Positions 15,261-24,994 of a stretch of DNA of 37,277 nucleotides are shown in pieces. Source of the stretch: Sandaracinaceae bacterium (lineage in GTDB: Bacteria > Myxococcota_A > Polyangia > Polyangiales > Sandaracinaceae); the NCBI GenBank assembly GCA_041918555.1, contig JAYRVK010001221.1, forward strand, positions 1 to 37,277, read 5' to 3'. The first letter of the stretch is position 1. Every line of letters starts with the position of its first letter. Made by a program: the position numbers and the translations under genes. The notes beneath the pieces were generated by a model. The model did no database searches. It saw nothing but the letters and a program-made list of their open reading frames with translations, and was not told where the DNA came from.

Positions 15261-16925
15261 ATGCGCCGTCTTCGCTTTCCGTTCTTGGGCCTCGTCCTCT
15301 TGACCGCCTGCGGTGACGGCACCGGCGATCCCGACGCCGCGACGTCGATGGACGGCGCGGCCCTCGCCGACGCGGCCGGCCTCGACGGAGCGATCGGCGC
15401 CGACGCGGGTCCGGGCTGCCCGGGCCTGACCGTGCCCTGCGGAACCGAGTGCGTGATCCCATCGGTCGATCCCGATCACTGCGGCGCATGCGGCGTGGTC
15501 TGCGCGGCGGCCGAAGCCTGCGTCTCGGGCGGGTGCGTGGGCTCGTGTCCGGACGGCCTGTCGATGTGCGATCGCGCGTGCGTCGACACCGACACCGACA
15601 ACGCGCATTGCGGGACGTGTGGCGCCGCGTGCGACGTCGGCGAGGGGTGCATGGGCGGCGCGTGCGTGCCGAGCGTCCCGCTCGGGCCCGGCCCGGAGGG
15701 ATGCGTGGGCGGCGGCCCGCCGATCGTGATCCGCGACGCGCCCGCGGCCGAAGGCGTCTGCGCGGACCGCACCGCGGCGATCACGTTCACGTGGGGCCTC
15801 TGCTCGTGCGACGACGTCGGCCTCCCCGAGCTGAGCTCGGAGACCCGGATCGACGCCTTCGACAGCACCGTGGGCCCGTACGAGCCGGGCGGCGCCGGCG
15901 GCGGCATGGCGGCCAACGGCCGCATCCAGACCTCGGAGCTCGACGTCTCGGGCGACGTGCGCGTCGCCGGTGAAGAAGGATTGCGCACTGCACGAGCGCA
16001 GATCGGGCAAGAGGTGCGCTCGGGCGGGGACCTCCGCACCGGTGAGACGATGCGCATCGGCGAGGACGCGTTCGTCGCGGGCGCGCTGGAGGGGACGATC
16101 GAGATCGCGGGGGCGCTGCACACGCCCGACTGCGGGAGCGTGCCCGGGGACGTGAGCCACGCGAGCTGCGTGGACGAGGCCGTCACCGTCCCCGCTCCGT
16201 GCGCGTGCGCGCCGTCCGAGCTCGTGCCGATCGCCGAGATCGTCGCGCACTACGCGATGCCCGCGAACAACGACAACGCGATCGTCATGCTCGAGCCCGA
16301 CGTCTTCACGACGGGCGGCGGCCCGCGGCGGCTCGATCTCCCCTGCGGCTACTACTACCTCGACGCGATCGAGGGGGCGGTCACCATCGCCGCGCACGGG
16401 CGCACCGCGCTCTTCATCGGAGGCGACGTCGACGCGGGCTCCGCGATGGCGTTCGTGGTCGATCCGGGAGCGACCCTCGACGTGTTCGTCGGGGGCACCC
16501 TGCGCGCCACCTCCTCGCTCCGCGTCGGCTCTCCCGCGTACCCCCGCAACGTTCGTTTCTACGTCGGAGGCGTCGACGCGTCCGTCGATCCGCCGCGCTC
16601 GGTCGACCTGACCAGCGACGTCGATCTCGCGGGCCTGTTCTACGCGCCGAACGGCGTGGTCTCGTCGACCTCGTCGCTCGAGATGTACGGCGCGATCTTC
16701 GCCGGCGACTTCCACAACACCGCGGCCACGCGGATCCACTACGACGCCGCGGCGGCCCGCCTCGGCGAGGACTGCCCGGACGTGCCGGACTCCGGGTGCA
16801 GCTCGTGCCGTGACTGCGGCAACCAGGCGTGCATCGCGGGGGAGTGCGCCGCCTGCACGGACAGCTCGCAGTGCTGCGCCCCGCTCCGCTGCGTCGCGGG
16901 CACGTGCGTGCCCCCGCTCTTCTGA
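15261..16925 (+). CDS. Cysteine-rich secreted lipoprotein (CGxCGxxC repeats at both ends, beta-helix-like middle)
   Basis: ATG at 15261 is preceded by GGAGGAG. The lipobox is LLTAC. Repeats include DPDHCGACGVVC...C, NAHCGTCGAAC and CSSCRDCGNQAC...CAAC, which are typical myxobacterial Cys-rich repeats. Confidence 0.7.
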   Translation: MRRLRFPFLGLVLLTACGDGTGDPDAATSMDGAALADAAGLDGAIGADAGPGCPGLTVPCGTECVIPSVDPDHCGACGVVCAAAEACVSGGCVGSCPDGLSMCDRACVDTDTDNAHCGTCGAACDVGEGCMGGACVPSVPLGPGPEGCVGGGPPIVIRDAPAAEGVCADRTAAITFTWGLCSCDDVGLPELSSETRIDAFDSTVGPYEPGGAGGGMAANGRIQTSELDVSGDVRVAGEEGLRTARAQIGQEVRSGGDLRTGETMRIGEDAFVAGALEGTIEIAGALHTPDCGSVPGDVSHASCVDEAVTVPAPCACAPSELVPIAEIVAHYAMPANNDNAIVMLEPDVFTTGGGPRRLDLPCGYYYLDAIEGAVTIAAHGRTALFIGGDVDAGSAMAFVVDPGATLDVFVGGTLRATSSLRVGSPAYPRNVRFYVGGVDASVDPPRSVDLTSDVDLAGLFYAPNGVVSSTSSLEMYGAIFAGDFHNTAATRIHYDAAAARLGEDCPDVPDSGCSSCRDCGNQACIAGECAACTDSSQCCAPLRCVAGTCVPPLF

Positions 16926-16931
16926 CGCGGT

Positions 16932-17501
16932 TCACGTCGAGCGCGGGGCGAGGAGCTCCTCGAGGAAGAACGCCGCGAGGTCGGCGCGGCCCGCGAGCCC
17001 GGCCTTCTTGTAGACCGCGCGCGCCTGCTGGCGCGCCGTCGCCTCTCCGATCCCGCGGGCCTCGGCGACCTCCTTGTGGCTGAGGCCCTTGAGCAGCAGG
17101 AGCGCGACCTCCTTCTCGGCGGGGCTCAGGCCCCAGCGCCCGAGCTGACGATCGATCTCGGCGCCGAGGCCCTCGACGTGGGCGCGCGCCTCCGCACGCC
17201 AGCGCGCGGCGTCGGCCTGGGTCGCCTCGAGCCGGCCGGCCAGCGCCTCGGCCTCGTCCTCGAGCGCCTTCGCCCGCCGGCGCAGCCCGACGTACCGCGC
17301 GAGGACCAGACCGAGCCCCGCGAGGCCGAGGGCGAGCAGGCCGCCCTCCGTGAGGCTGTGCCGCAGGCTCGCGCCCTCCCCCACGTCGGACAGGAGGTCC
17401 GCCGCCGCGAGCGCCGCGATGCCGGCGAACACGACGGCGAGGCCCACCGCGAGCCGGCCCTCGCGTCCGTCATTCGTCGAAGGGGGCCCGGGAATCTCCA
17501 T
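16932..17501 (-). CDS. Membrane-anchored LuxR/GerE-family transcription regulator (2 TM, coiled coil, HTH)
   Basis: ATG at 17501 is aa 196 of ORF 16932..18086. Two hydrophobic helices are followed by an Ala/Glu/Arg coiled coil. The end reads LSPAEKEVALLLLKGLSHKEVAEARGIGEATARQQARAVYKKAGL. Confidence 0.8.
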   Translation of the reverse strand: MEIPGPPSTNDGREGRLAVGLAVVFAGIAALAAADLLSDVGEGASLRHSLTEGGLLALGLAGLGLVLARYVGLRRRAKALEDEAEALAGRLEATQADAARWRAEARAHVEGLGAEIDRQLGRWGLSPAEKEVALLLLKGLSHKEVAEARGIGEATARQQARAVYKKAGLAGRADLAAFFLEELLAPRST

Positions 17502-17528
17502 GCTTCCGAGGGCTATCACACCTGGCGG

Positions 17529-18104
17529 ATGGCCTCCGGGGGACGACGTGACGAAGGTCTCCGCGTCGAAAGCGAGGTCTCCGTGGAACAGCTGCTCTTC
17601 CATCCCAAGGTCGTCCACCTCCCCATCGCGCTCGCGGTGCTCATGCCGCTCGTCTCGGCCGGGCTCGTCCTGGCGTGGTGGCGCGAGTGGCTCCCGCGCC
17701 GCGCCTGGATCCTCGCCGCGGCCCTCCAGGGCGTGCTCCTCGTGAGCGGGATCGTGAGCCTGCGGACGGGGGAGGCCGACGAGGAGCGCGTCGAGGCGGT
17801 CGTCCCCGAGGCGGCGCTGGAGGCGCACGAGGAGGCCGCCACGATCTTCGTGGCGGCGAGCGGGATCGTGCTGGCGCTCGCGCTCGCGGCGGCGCTCGTG
17901 CCCAAGCCCCAGGTGGGCCTCGGGCTCGCGGCGGCGACGGCGCTCGGGGCGGTCGTGGTGCTCGGGCTCGGCTACCAGGTCGGCGAGGCGGGCGGGCGGC
18001 TGGTGTACGAGCACGGGGCGGCGAGCGTCCACGTAGGCGGCGGCACCGCGCCGCCGGGCGAGCTCGCCGGAGCCGGCGAAGATCACGACGACGACGACGA
18101 CTGA
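17529..18104 (+). CDS. DUF2231-like polytopic membrane protein with a poly-Asp C-terminus; the start is uncertain (ATG 17529 or GTG 17583)
   Basis: LFHPKVVHLPIALAVLMPLV resembles the HP..VHFPIAL opening of DUF2231. There are four predicted TM helices. The tail is GEDHDDDDD. Confidence 0.55.
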   Translation: MASGGRRDEGLRVESEVSVEQLLFHPKVVHLPIALAVLMPLVSAGLVLAWWREWLPRRAWILAAALQGVLLVSGIVSLRTGEADEERVEAVVPEAALEAHEEAATIFVAASGIVLALALAAALVPKPQVGLGLAAATALGAVVVLGLGYQVGEAGGRLVYEHGAASVHVGGGTAPPGELAGAGEDHDDDDD

Positions 18105-18107
18105 TGG

Positions 18108-19064
18108 TCAGCGGAGCTCGAGCTCGAGGCTCGCCCCGATCATCCCGGCCCAGGGGAGCTCGACCGCCGGCGCACCCCCGAAGGCCGCCGGCGGCGTCTC
18201 GACGAAGAGGTCGCGCTCCCACGCGTCGACGTCGACGCGGAACACGATCGCGAGGCCGCCGTTCAGCGGCATGGTCACGCGCGCGAGGCCGCCGAAGGCC
18301 GCGCCGCTCGCCCAGTGATCCCGGGTGTCGCGGAGGTGTCGCGAGACGCTGAGGCAGATCTTGGGACCGAGCGCGAACCGCACCGCGTCGAGATCGAACG
18401 TCGCCTGGGGCTCGGCGCACGATCGCAAGAAAGGTTGCACGTGCCCGAACGGCTCGAAGATCGCGCCGCCCTCGAGCGAGCCGCCGACGAGGAGCCAGTC
18501 GAGCACGTGCGCGAAGGCCCCGGCGCGCGCGAGGACGGCGTGCTGGGACAGCTCGACGGGATCGAGGAAGAACGCGTAGCCCGCGCTCACCGCGACGACG
18601 AGCCGCGGGTACGCCGGCGCGCGAGGGACGGGCGGGGGCGGCGGCTCGGACGCTGGCGCAGCCGCCGCAGGGGGTGGCGCCGGGACGGACACCGTGGCGG
18701 GATCGTCGAGGGCCGCGCCCGGGGGCGCGAGGCGGTCCGAGGCCCACAGCGCGGCGATTCGCGCGCGCGTGCCCGGGTCGAACGTGGTCATGTCGATCGA
18801 CTCCGGGCCCGCGAGATCCTGCGGGCCCTCGGTGACCCGCAGCGTCCACGTCGTGGCGGCGCAGTCGGCGAGCGCGACGCGGACCACGAGGGCCGCCTCG
18901 CCCTCGACGACCTGCCAGCCGTCCCCGGCCTCGAGCCGGAGCGCCTGCGCGAGCGGCTCCGCGAGCGGGGGGCAGCCCTCGGCGACGACGCCGACGGTCT
19001 GTGCGCGCGCCGGCACGGCGCCGAGCGCGATCGTGGCGAGCAAGGCGAGCTGACACCCCGTCAC
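18108..19064 (-). CDS. Secreted hypothetical protein (signal peptide; C-terminal half possibly beta-barrel-like)
   Basis: GTG at 19064 (aa 152 of ORF 18108..19517) overlaps the upstream stop as GTGA. The signal is CQLALLATIALGAVPARAQT. A Pro/Ala-rich linker is followed by alternating hydrophobic strands. Confidence 0.5.
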   Translation of the reverse strand: MTGCQLALLATIALGAVPARAQTVGVVAEGCPPLAEPLAQALRLEAGDGWQVVEGEAALVVRVALADCAATTWTLRVTEGPQDLAGPESIDMTTFDPGTRARIAALWASDRLAPPGAALDDPATVSVPAPPPAAAAPASEPPPPPVPRAPAYPRLVVAVSAGYAFFLDPVELSQHAVLARAGAFAHVLDWLLVGGSLEGGAIFEPFGHVQPFLRSCAEPQATFDLDAVRFALGPKICLSVSRHLRDTRDHWASGAAFGGLARVTMPLNGGLAIVFRVDVDAWERDLFVETPPAAFGGAPAVELPWAGMIGASLELELR

Positions 19065-19510
19065 GCGAAGCGGAGCACCCCCTCGAGGCCGGCCTCGATC
19101 TGCTCCACCGTCCCACGCGTCAAGTTCTTGTGCACCTCTCCACGAATCAACGCCGCGGTCGGCGGGTCGAGGTCGGCGCGGAGCAGGCCGAGGAAGCCCG
19201 GCTCCGCCACGAGCACGAGGCGCTCGAAGCCCTCGTGCGTGCGGCGATGGAGGATCGCGCGCGCGACCTCTCGCGCGAAGTTCGCCGCCTCGCGCTCCTT
19301 GGGCGTCTCCTCCTGCGACAGCCCGTGCCGCACGGAGCCCTGCCGGTTCTGGACGCGGCCCGGGCGGTCGGTCTCGAGGTCGATCCCGTGGGCGCGGCTC
19401 TCCGGGTGGACCAGATCGGTCACCTCCTCGAGGCCTTGCCCGGGCCCGTCCTGCACGAAGAACCGCGCCTGGGCGCGCTGGGCCACCACCACGAGGGTCG
19501 TCTCGCTCAT
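19061..19510 (-). CDS. Host-attachment-protein family (PF10116-like) protein
   Basis: LVVVAQRAQARFF...DRPGRVQN...FAREVARAILHRRTHEGFERLVLVAEPGFLGLLRADL...EVHKNLT matches the remembered family pattern. There are ATGA and GTGA overlaps with both neighbours. Confidence 0.75.
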   Translation of the reverse strand: MSETTLVVVAQRAQARFFVQDGPGQGLEEVTDLVHPESRAHGIDLETDRPGRVQNRQGSVRHGLSQEETPKEREAANFAREVARAILHRRTHEGFERLVLVAEPGFLGLLRADLDPPTAALIRGEVHKNLTRGTVEQIEAGLEGVLRFA

Positions 19511-20370
19511 CGCTCACCTCCGTCGCGGACCACCATCACGGGGACGTGACAGGTCCGCAGCATCCGCTCGGCAACGCTACCGAGCAACCACCGTTGCGCT
19601 CCCGAGCGGCCGTGGGTGCCCATGACGACGAGATCGATCGCCTCGTCTCCGATCAGCGCGTCGGCCACCGCCGCGGGCGTACCCTCGACGAGGTGCACGC
19701 GCACCGGCGACCTCGTCGGCCGCTCCGCGAGCAGCGCCTCGATCGCCGCGCTCGCCTGCGCGCGCACGCGCGGTGCGAGGTCCGCCTCGAAGATGCTCCC
19801 CCCGTCGGGCAGCGTGTACATCGGCAGCTCGTACACGTGCAGCACGTGGAGCCCGGCCCCGGCGCGCTCGGCCCACCGCGCCGCCTCCTCGAGCGCGCGC
19901 GCGGAGCCAGGCGAGAGATCGATCATGCAAAGTACGTTGCGGATCGGACGGAGCGCCGCGCCGGGATCGATCGAGAGGAGCGGCACGGGACAGCTCCTGG
20001 CGACCTTGTGCGCCACCGAGCCGAGCAGCGCGCGCGCCACCGCGTTCCGTCCGCGGGTGCTCATGACCACGAGGTCCACGCCCGACGCGTGCGCGACGAT
20101 CTCGTCGGCGGGCTTCCCGCGGCCGAGCTCGGGCACGATCGGGACGCCGTCCCCGAAGCGCTCGACCCGCTCCGCGAGCGCCTCGCGCCACCCGGCGCGC
20201 ACCGGCTCGTCGAGCACGCTCCCCTCGGGGAGCCCGTAGGTCGGGAGATCGTCCACGTGCAGGAGCCGGATCGAGGCGCCGGCGTGCGGCCGCGCGAGCG
20301 CGACGGCGTACTCCAGCGCGCGGTCCGAGGGCGCGGAGAAGTCGGTCGGGCACAGGACGGTGAACGCCAT
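19507..20370 (-). CDS. Tandem-domain universal stress protein (UspA family)
   Basis: There are two Usp repeats, each ending in G(S/T)(R/H)GR...LGSVA..V.R....PVL/M. ATG at 20370 is aa 6 of the ORF. Confidence 0.85.
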   Translation of the reverse strand: MAFTVLCPTDFSAPSDRALEYAVALARPHAGASIRLLHVDDLPTYGLPEGSVLDEPVRAGWREALAERVERFGDGVPIVPELGRGKPADEIVAHASGVDLVVMSTRGRNAVARALLGSVAHKVARSCPVPLLSIDPGAALRPIRNVLCMIDLSPGSARALEEAARWAERAGAGLHVLHVYELPMYTLPDGGSIFEADLAPRVRAQASAAIEALLAERPTRSPVRVHLVEGTPAAVADALIGDEAIDLVVMGTHGRSGAQRWLLGSVAERMLRTCHVPVMVVRDGGER

Positions 20371-20406
20371 GCCGAATAGGTACACGCGCCACGCGCGGAG
20401 TCACGC

Positions 20407-23400
20407 ATGGACAGCACGCGGGCGACTCGGCAGAGTCACCGCGTGACGCGGTGGCTCGGCGCGGCGCTCGTCCTCCTGGCGATCCCCTCGACGGGGCGCG
20501 CGCAGCCTCTCGACGCGTACGCCGCGGCGCCGCGGGCGCGGGGCCCCGTCCTCGCGCCGGTCCCCGCCGGCCTCGTGGTGACGGCGCACGACGAGGCCCG
20601 GGGCGTGCCGGTCTTCCTGATGGGCCGGCGCCCCGCGAGCCGCGCGCATCGGCGCGTGCGTGATCGCGCGCTCGATCATCTCCGCGCCCTCGCGCCCGGA
20701 TGGGGTGTCTCCGCGCGTGACCTCGAGGCGTCCCTCGAGCGGCGCCTCGAGCGCGCCCTGCCGTCCGGCGGCGCGCTCGTGATCTTCGGGCAGCGCCCCC
20801 ACGGCGTGCCGGCCTTCGAGACCCGGGTGACGCTGCTCCTCGCGGCCGACGGGGCGCTCGTCGCGGCCGGCGGACAGCTCTTCCCGATCCCGGCCGCCGC
20901 GACCTTCGCCCGCACGCACGAGAGCGCGGTCGCGCGCGCGCTCGAGGATCGCCTCGGGCCCGGCGCGGGCGCGGGGCTGCGCTGGTCGCACACCGGGCCC
21001 GACGGCCACCAGCGCTGGACGCTCGATGGCGGGGGCCTCGATCGACCCGCGCGCGCGCGGCGCATCTTCTACCCGCTCCCGCGCGGGCTCGTCGCCGCGC
21101 ACTACGTCGAGGTGTGGACCGACGGCGAGCTCCACGCGTACGCACTCGCGGCCGTCGTCGGCCGGCTCCTGATGCGGCGGCAGCTCACCGTCGCCGACGC
21201 GTACGAGTTCGGCGTGTACGTCGTCCCCGCGCGGCCGCTCGAGCACCTGTACGACAGCCCGTTCGGCGACACCTCGCCGGACCCCGCGGGCGTGCCGGTC
21301 GAGCTGCCGCCGTCGTCCTTCGTCGATCAGGTCCGCGTGATGGTCGAGGGGCTCAACCACGACGGCGTGCGCGCGCCCGACCCGTGGCTGCCGCCCGGCG
21401 CCGACGCGACCGTCGGCAACAACGTCGACGCGTACGCGGACCTCGCGGAGCCGGACGGGCTCGGCGACGGAGACTTCCGCGCGCTGACGACTTCGCCCGG
21501 GGTGTTCGCGCACCCCTTCGATCCCACGCGCGGGCCGCGCGACGACGACGTGCAGACGCAGGCCGCGATCACGCACCTCTTCTTCGTGAACAACTGGCTC
21601 CACGACTACTGGTACGACCTCGGCTTCGACGAGGTCGCGGGCAACGCGCAGGCCGACAACCTCGGGCGCGGCGGGCTCGAGGGCGATCGGCTGCACGCGC
21701 AGGCGTCCGACTACACGCGGCGGAACAACGCGAACATGAGCACGCCGGCCGACGGCGACTCGCCGCGGATGCAGATGTTCCGGTGGGACGGGCTCGCGCT
21801 TCGGAGCCTCGCGGTCGGCGCGGACGACTTCCCGATCGGGATCGCGAGCTTCGGGCCGATCGACTACGACGTCACGGGCCCCCTCGCGCTCGCCGACGAC
21901 GGCGTCGATCCGCGCGGCGACGCCTGCAGCGCGCTCCCCGGGCCGCTCGCCGGGGCGATCCTCCTCGTGGACCGCGGTGACTGCAGCTTCGTGTCGAAGA
22001 CCGAGCGCGCCGAGGCGGCGGGCGCCGCGGGGGTGATCATCGTCAACGACGAGCCCGGCGACGTCCGCATCAACATGACGGGCGAGGGGACGGTCGGGAT
22101 CCCGACGGTGATGGTGAGCGCCGACGACGGCGCGATGCTGCGCGCGAGGCTCGGCGCGACGGCGCGGCTGTGGCGCGACGTGCGGCCCGAGGTCGAGAGC
22201 TCGCTCGACACGCAGGTCGTCGCGCACGAGTGGGGCCACTACCTCCACCACCGCCTCGTCGCGTGCGGCTCCTACCAGTGCGGCGCAGAGAGCGAGGGTT
22301 GGGGTGACTTCCTCGGCGTGATGATGCTCATGCGCGCGGGCGACGATCTCGAGGCGCCCTACCCGACGGGCAGCTACTCGAACCAGGGCCGCGAGGCGAT
22401 CTACTTCGGCACGCGCCGGGTCCCGTACTCGGTCGATCGCGCGCTCAACGATCTCTCCTTCCGGCACATCACGAACGAGGTGCCCCTGCCCGACACGCAC
22501 CCGCTCGACGAGACGTCGCTGCCCAACGCCGAGGTCCACAACGCGGGCGAGATCTGGGCGACGATGATGCACGAGGCGATGGTCGCGATGCTCCGGCGGA
22601 GCGAGACGCCGGGCGCGCCCTACGACTTCGAGGGCGCGCTGCGCCAGCTCGGCCGGTACGTGGTGACCGGGATGCAGCTCGCGCCGCGCGCGCCGACCTT
22701 CACGGAGCAGCGCGACGCGATCGTCGCGGCCGCCCTCGAGCACGACGCCGAGGACGCGCGCCTCATCGCGGAGGCGTTCGCGCGCCGCGGCGCAGGCACC
22801 TGCGCCGTCGCTCCCTCGCGCTTCTCGGACGACTTCGCCGGCGTGATGGAGGACTTCGAGGTCGGCGCGCGCCCGCGCGTCGCCGAGGTCGAGGTGATCT
22901 TCGACGGCGCGCGACGGCTCTGCGACGACGACGCCTACCTCGACGTCGGCGAGACCGCGTGGGTGCGCGCGCGCGTGGTCAACGACGGCGTGGTCGACCT
23001 CGTGGGCGCGACGCTCGCGCTCGAGCCCAACGACCTCGGCGCGACGATCGTGGGCGACGCGGAGCAGACCCTGCCCGACGTGCCGGCCGGCGGCTCGGTC
23101 GAGGTGTGGGCGGAGCTCGCGATCGGCGCGACGGATCTGCGCGGCGGCCCGATGGACGTGCGCGCGACCGTGACGGGCGCGACGATGTGCGCGACGAGCT
23201 TCGCGACGGCGCGCGTGATGGTCGACCGCGACCCGGGGACGAGCCTCCTCGAGGACTTCGAGATCGAGCCGCGCTGGTTGAACGAGGTGAGCCTCGACGG
23301 AGGCACCGTCGGCGCGTGGACGGTCGGCCCCTCGGTGCTCGGCGACGACGACTGGGTGCTGCGCGGGGCGGCGAACGGCGCGCCGAGCGACACCGCGATG

Positions 23401-24330
23401 GAGCTGCCCGAGGTGAACGTGGTGCCCGGCATCCCGTTCGTCGTGCGCTTCGATCACCGGTACGACTTCGAGGGCGACGAGGAGACGCTCTGGGACGGCG
23501 GCGTGATCGAGCTGAGCACCGACGGCGGCGCGAGCTGGCGGGACGTCTCGGAGTACGTCGACCCGGGCTACACCGGCCCGCTCGGCGACGAGGCCGAGAA
23601 CGTGCTCGCGCACCGGCCCGCGTACTCGCGGCGCAACGACTCCTTCCCCGGACAAGACGTCGTGCGCCTCGACTTCGGGACCGCGCTCGCGGGCCAGCGG
23701 GTGCGCCTCCGCTTCCGGATCGGCACGGACCGCGCCGTGGGGACGCCCGGCTGGGAGCTCGACGACCTCGTGCTGACGGGCGTGGACCCGCCGGTCTTCC
23801 CGAGCCACGTCGCCGACGAGGACGACTGCTCGGGCGCCCCGAGCGCCGACGCGGGCGAGGATGTCGCGGTCGCCGCTGGGGACCTCGTCACGCTCGACGG
23901 GACCGGGAGCTCGGACCCCGACGGCGACGCGCTCGCGTTCGCGTGGGAGGTCCTCGATCCGGTGGCCGCGCTCGCGCTCTCGGATCCGTCGAGCGCGACG
24001 CCGTCGTTCCCGGCGCCCGCGGCGATCGCGGCGCGCCGCGCGGTCCGGCTCCGCCTGCGGGTGAGCGACGGCCGCGGCGGCAGCGCGAGCGACGACGTGA
24101 CGGTCACCTTCGCGCCCGACGCGCCCGACTCGATCCCGGACGCGGGCCCGCCGCGTCCCGACGCAGGTCCGGCCGGCGACGGCGGCCCGCCCGACGCGTT
24201 CGACGCGGGCGACGTCGCGATCGGCGGCGGCGGCTGCGCGTGCGAGGCCGGCGCGCGGCCCATGGGGTCGTCAACGTTCCTTGCAATCCTCGGGCTCGTG
24301 GTCGGGATCGGGCTCCGCCGCCGCCGCTAG
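20407..24330 (+). CDS. Secreted M36 (fungalysin-like) metallopeptidase with a PA-domain insert, a PKD-like domain and a MYXO-CTERM tail
   Basis: The signal is LLAIPSTGRAQP. M36 core motifs are NNVDAYAD, FFVNNWLHDYWYDLGFDEVAGNAQADNLGRGGLEGD, NNANMSTPADGDSPRMQMF and the HExxH motif VVAHEWGHYLHHRL. The PA-like segment is GAILLVDRGDCSF. The PKD-like segment is LDGTGSSDPDGDALAFAWEV. The tail is GGGGCACEAG...LAILGLVVGIGLRRRR. Confidence 0.85.
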   Translation: MDSTRATRQSHRVTRWLGAALVLLAIPSTGRAQPLDAYAAAPRARGPVLAPVPAGLVVTAHDEARGVPVFLMGRRPASRAHRRVRDRALDHLRALAPGWGVSARDLEASLERRLERALPSGGALVIFGQRPHGVPAFETRVTLLLAADGALVAAGGQLFPIPAAATFARTHESAVARALEDRLGPGAGAGLRWSHTGPDGHQRWTLDGGGLDRPARARRIFYPLPRGLVAAHYVEVWTDGELHAYALAAVVGRLLMRRQLTVADAYEFGVYVVPARPLEHLYDSPFGDTSPDPAGVPVELPPSSFVDQVRVMVEGLNHDGVRAPDPWLPPGADATVGNNVDAYADLAEPDGLGDGDFRALTTSPGVFAHPFDPTRGPRDDDVQTQAAITHLFFVNNWLHDYWYDLGFDEVAGNAQADNLGRGGLEGDRLHAQASDYTRRNNANMSTPADGDSPRMQMFRWDGLALRSLAVGADDFPIGIASFGPIDYDVTGPLALADDGVDPRGDACSALPGPLAGAILLVDRGDCSFVSKTERAEAAGAAGVIIVNDEPGDVRINMTGEGTVGIPTVMVSADDGAMLRARLGATARLWRDVRPEVESSLDTQVVAHEWGHYLHHRLVACGSYQCGAESEGWGDFLGVMMLMRAGDDLEAPYPTGSYSNQGREAIYFGTRRVPYSVDRALNDLSFRHITNEVPLPDTHPLDETSLPNAEVHNAGEIWATMMHEAMVAMLRRSETPGAPYDFEGALRQLGRYVVTGMQLAPRAPTFTEQRDAIVAAALEHDAEDARLIAEAFARRGAGTCAVAPSRFSDDFAGVMEDFEVGARPRVAEVEVIFDGARRLCDDDAYLDVGETAWVRARVVNDGVVDLVGATLALEPNDLGATIVGDAEQTLPDVPAGGSVEVWAELAIGATDLRGGPMDVRATVTGATMCATSFATARVMVDRDPGTSLLEDFEIEPRWLNEVSLDGGTVGAWTVGPSVLGDDDWVLRGAANGAPSDTAMELPEVNVVPGIPFVVRFDHRYDFEGDEETLWDGGVIELSTDGGASWRDVSEYVDPGYTGPLGDEAENVLAHRPAYSRRNDSFPGQDVVRLDFGTALAGQRVRLRFRIGTDRAVGTPGWELDDLVLTGVDPPVFPSHVADEDDCSGAPSADAGEDVAVAAGDLVTLDGTGSSDPDGDALAFAWEVLDPVAALALSDPSSATPSFPAPAAIAARRAVRLRLRVSDGRGGSASDDVTVTFAPDAPDSIPDAGPPRPDAGPAGDGGPPDAFDAGDVAIGGGGCACEAGARPMGSSTFLAILGLVVGIGLRRRR

Positions 24331-24343
24331 GCGCGCACCGCGG

Positions 24344-24727
24344 CTACTCGGTCAGGGTCCCCAGCGACAGCCCGCGGACGCGCTCGAAGTGCGCGCGGTT
24401 GCGCGTGAGCAGGATCGCGTTCCGCGACCGGCAGATGCCTGCGATCAGGGTGTCCGCGGTGGCGATCGCGGCTCCCGCCGCCGCGAGCTCCCGCCGGATG
24501 GCCGCGGCCTCCCTCGCCGCCCGGTCGTCCAGAGGGAGCGCCGTCAGAGCACCCAGCAACGCATCGACCGCCCGCCGCTCCTTGTCGGTGCGGGCGCCGG
24601 AGACCAGCTCGTACACCGAGATCGTCGTGGTCGCGAGCGTGCCCGTCGCGATCTCGATCCTCATCCGATTCGCGGCCCCCTTGCCCCGGAGCGCGTCGAT
24701 GAGGACGTCCGTGTCGGCGACGATCAT
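24344..24727 (-). CDS. vapC: PIN-domain toxin VapC
   Basis: MIVADTDVLID...YELV...ADTLIAGIC...LLTRNRAHF carries the conserved acidic residues of PIN domains. It is coupled to the upstream antitoxin by an ATGA overlap. Confidence 0.85.
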   Translation of the reverse strand: MIVADTDVLIDALRGKGAANRMRIEIATGTLATTTISVYELVSGARTDKERRAVDALLGALTALPLDDRAAREAAAIRRELAAAGAAIATADTLIAGICRSRNAILLTRNRAHFERVRGLSLGTLTE

Positions 24728-24963
24728 CGCCAGCTCTCTCGAGATCGCTTCACGGAGTCGCGGAGGGCAGCGGCGGCCTTCTCGTCGAGCGAGCCGATGG
24801 CCGCGAGGGCCAGACGGACCTCTTCGGTCCGGCGAGCCTGCGCCTCGAGGTAGAGGTCGACGGCCTCCTGCACGAGCGCGGAGAAGCCCTTCACCCCGCG
24901 CCGGCCCGCGAGCTCGAGCAGCCGCGCCCGCTGCGCATCGGTGAGCTCGATCGTCGTACGCAT
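24724..24963 (-). CDS. vapB: Ribbon-helix-helix (CopG/VapB-type) antitoxin
   Basis: ATG at 24963 is aa 11 of ORF 24724..24993. MRTTIELTDAQRARLLELA is a typical RHH N-terminus. Confidence 0.75.
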   Translation of the reverse strand: MRTTIELTDAQRARLLELAGRRGVKGFSALVQEAVDLYLEAQARRTEEVRLALAAIGSLDEKAAAALRDSVKRSRESWR

Positions 24964-24994
24964 ACGTGCATGATGCTCGGCATGCACATGCACG

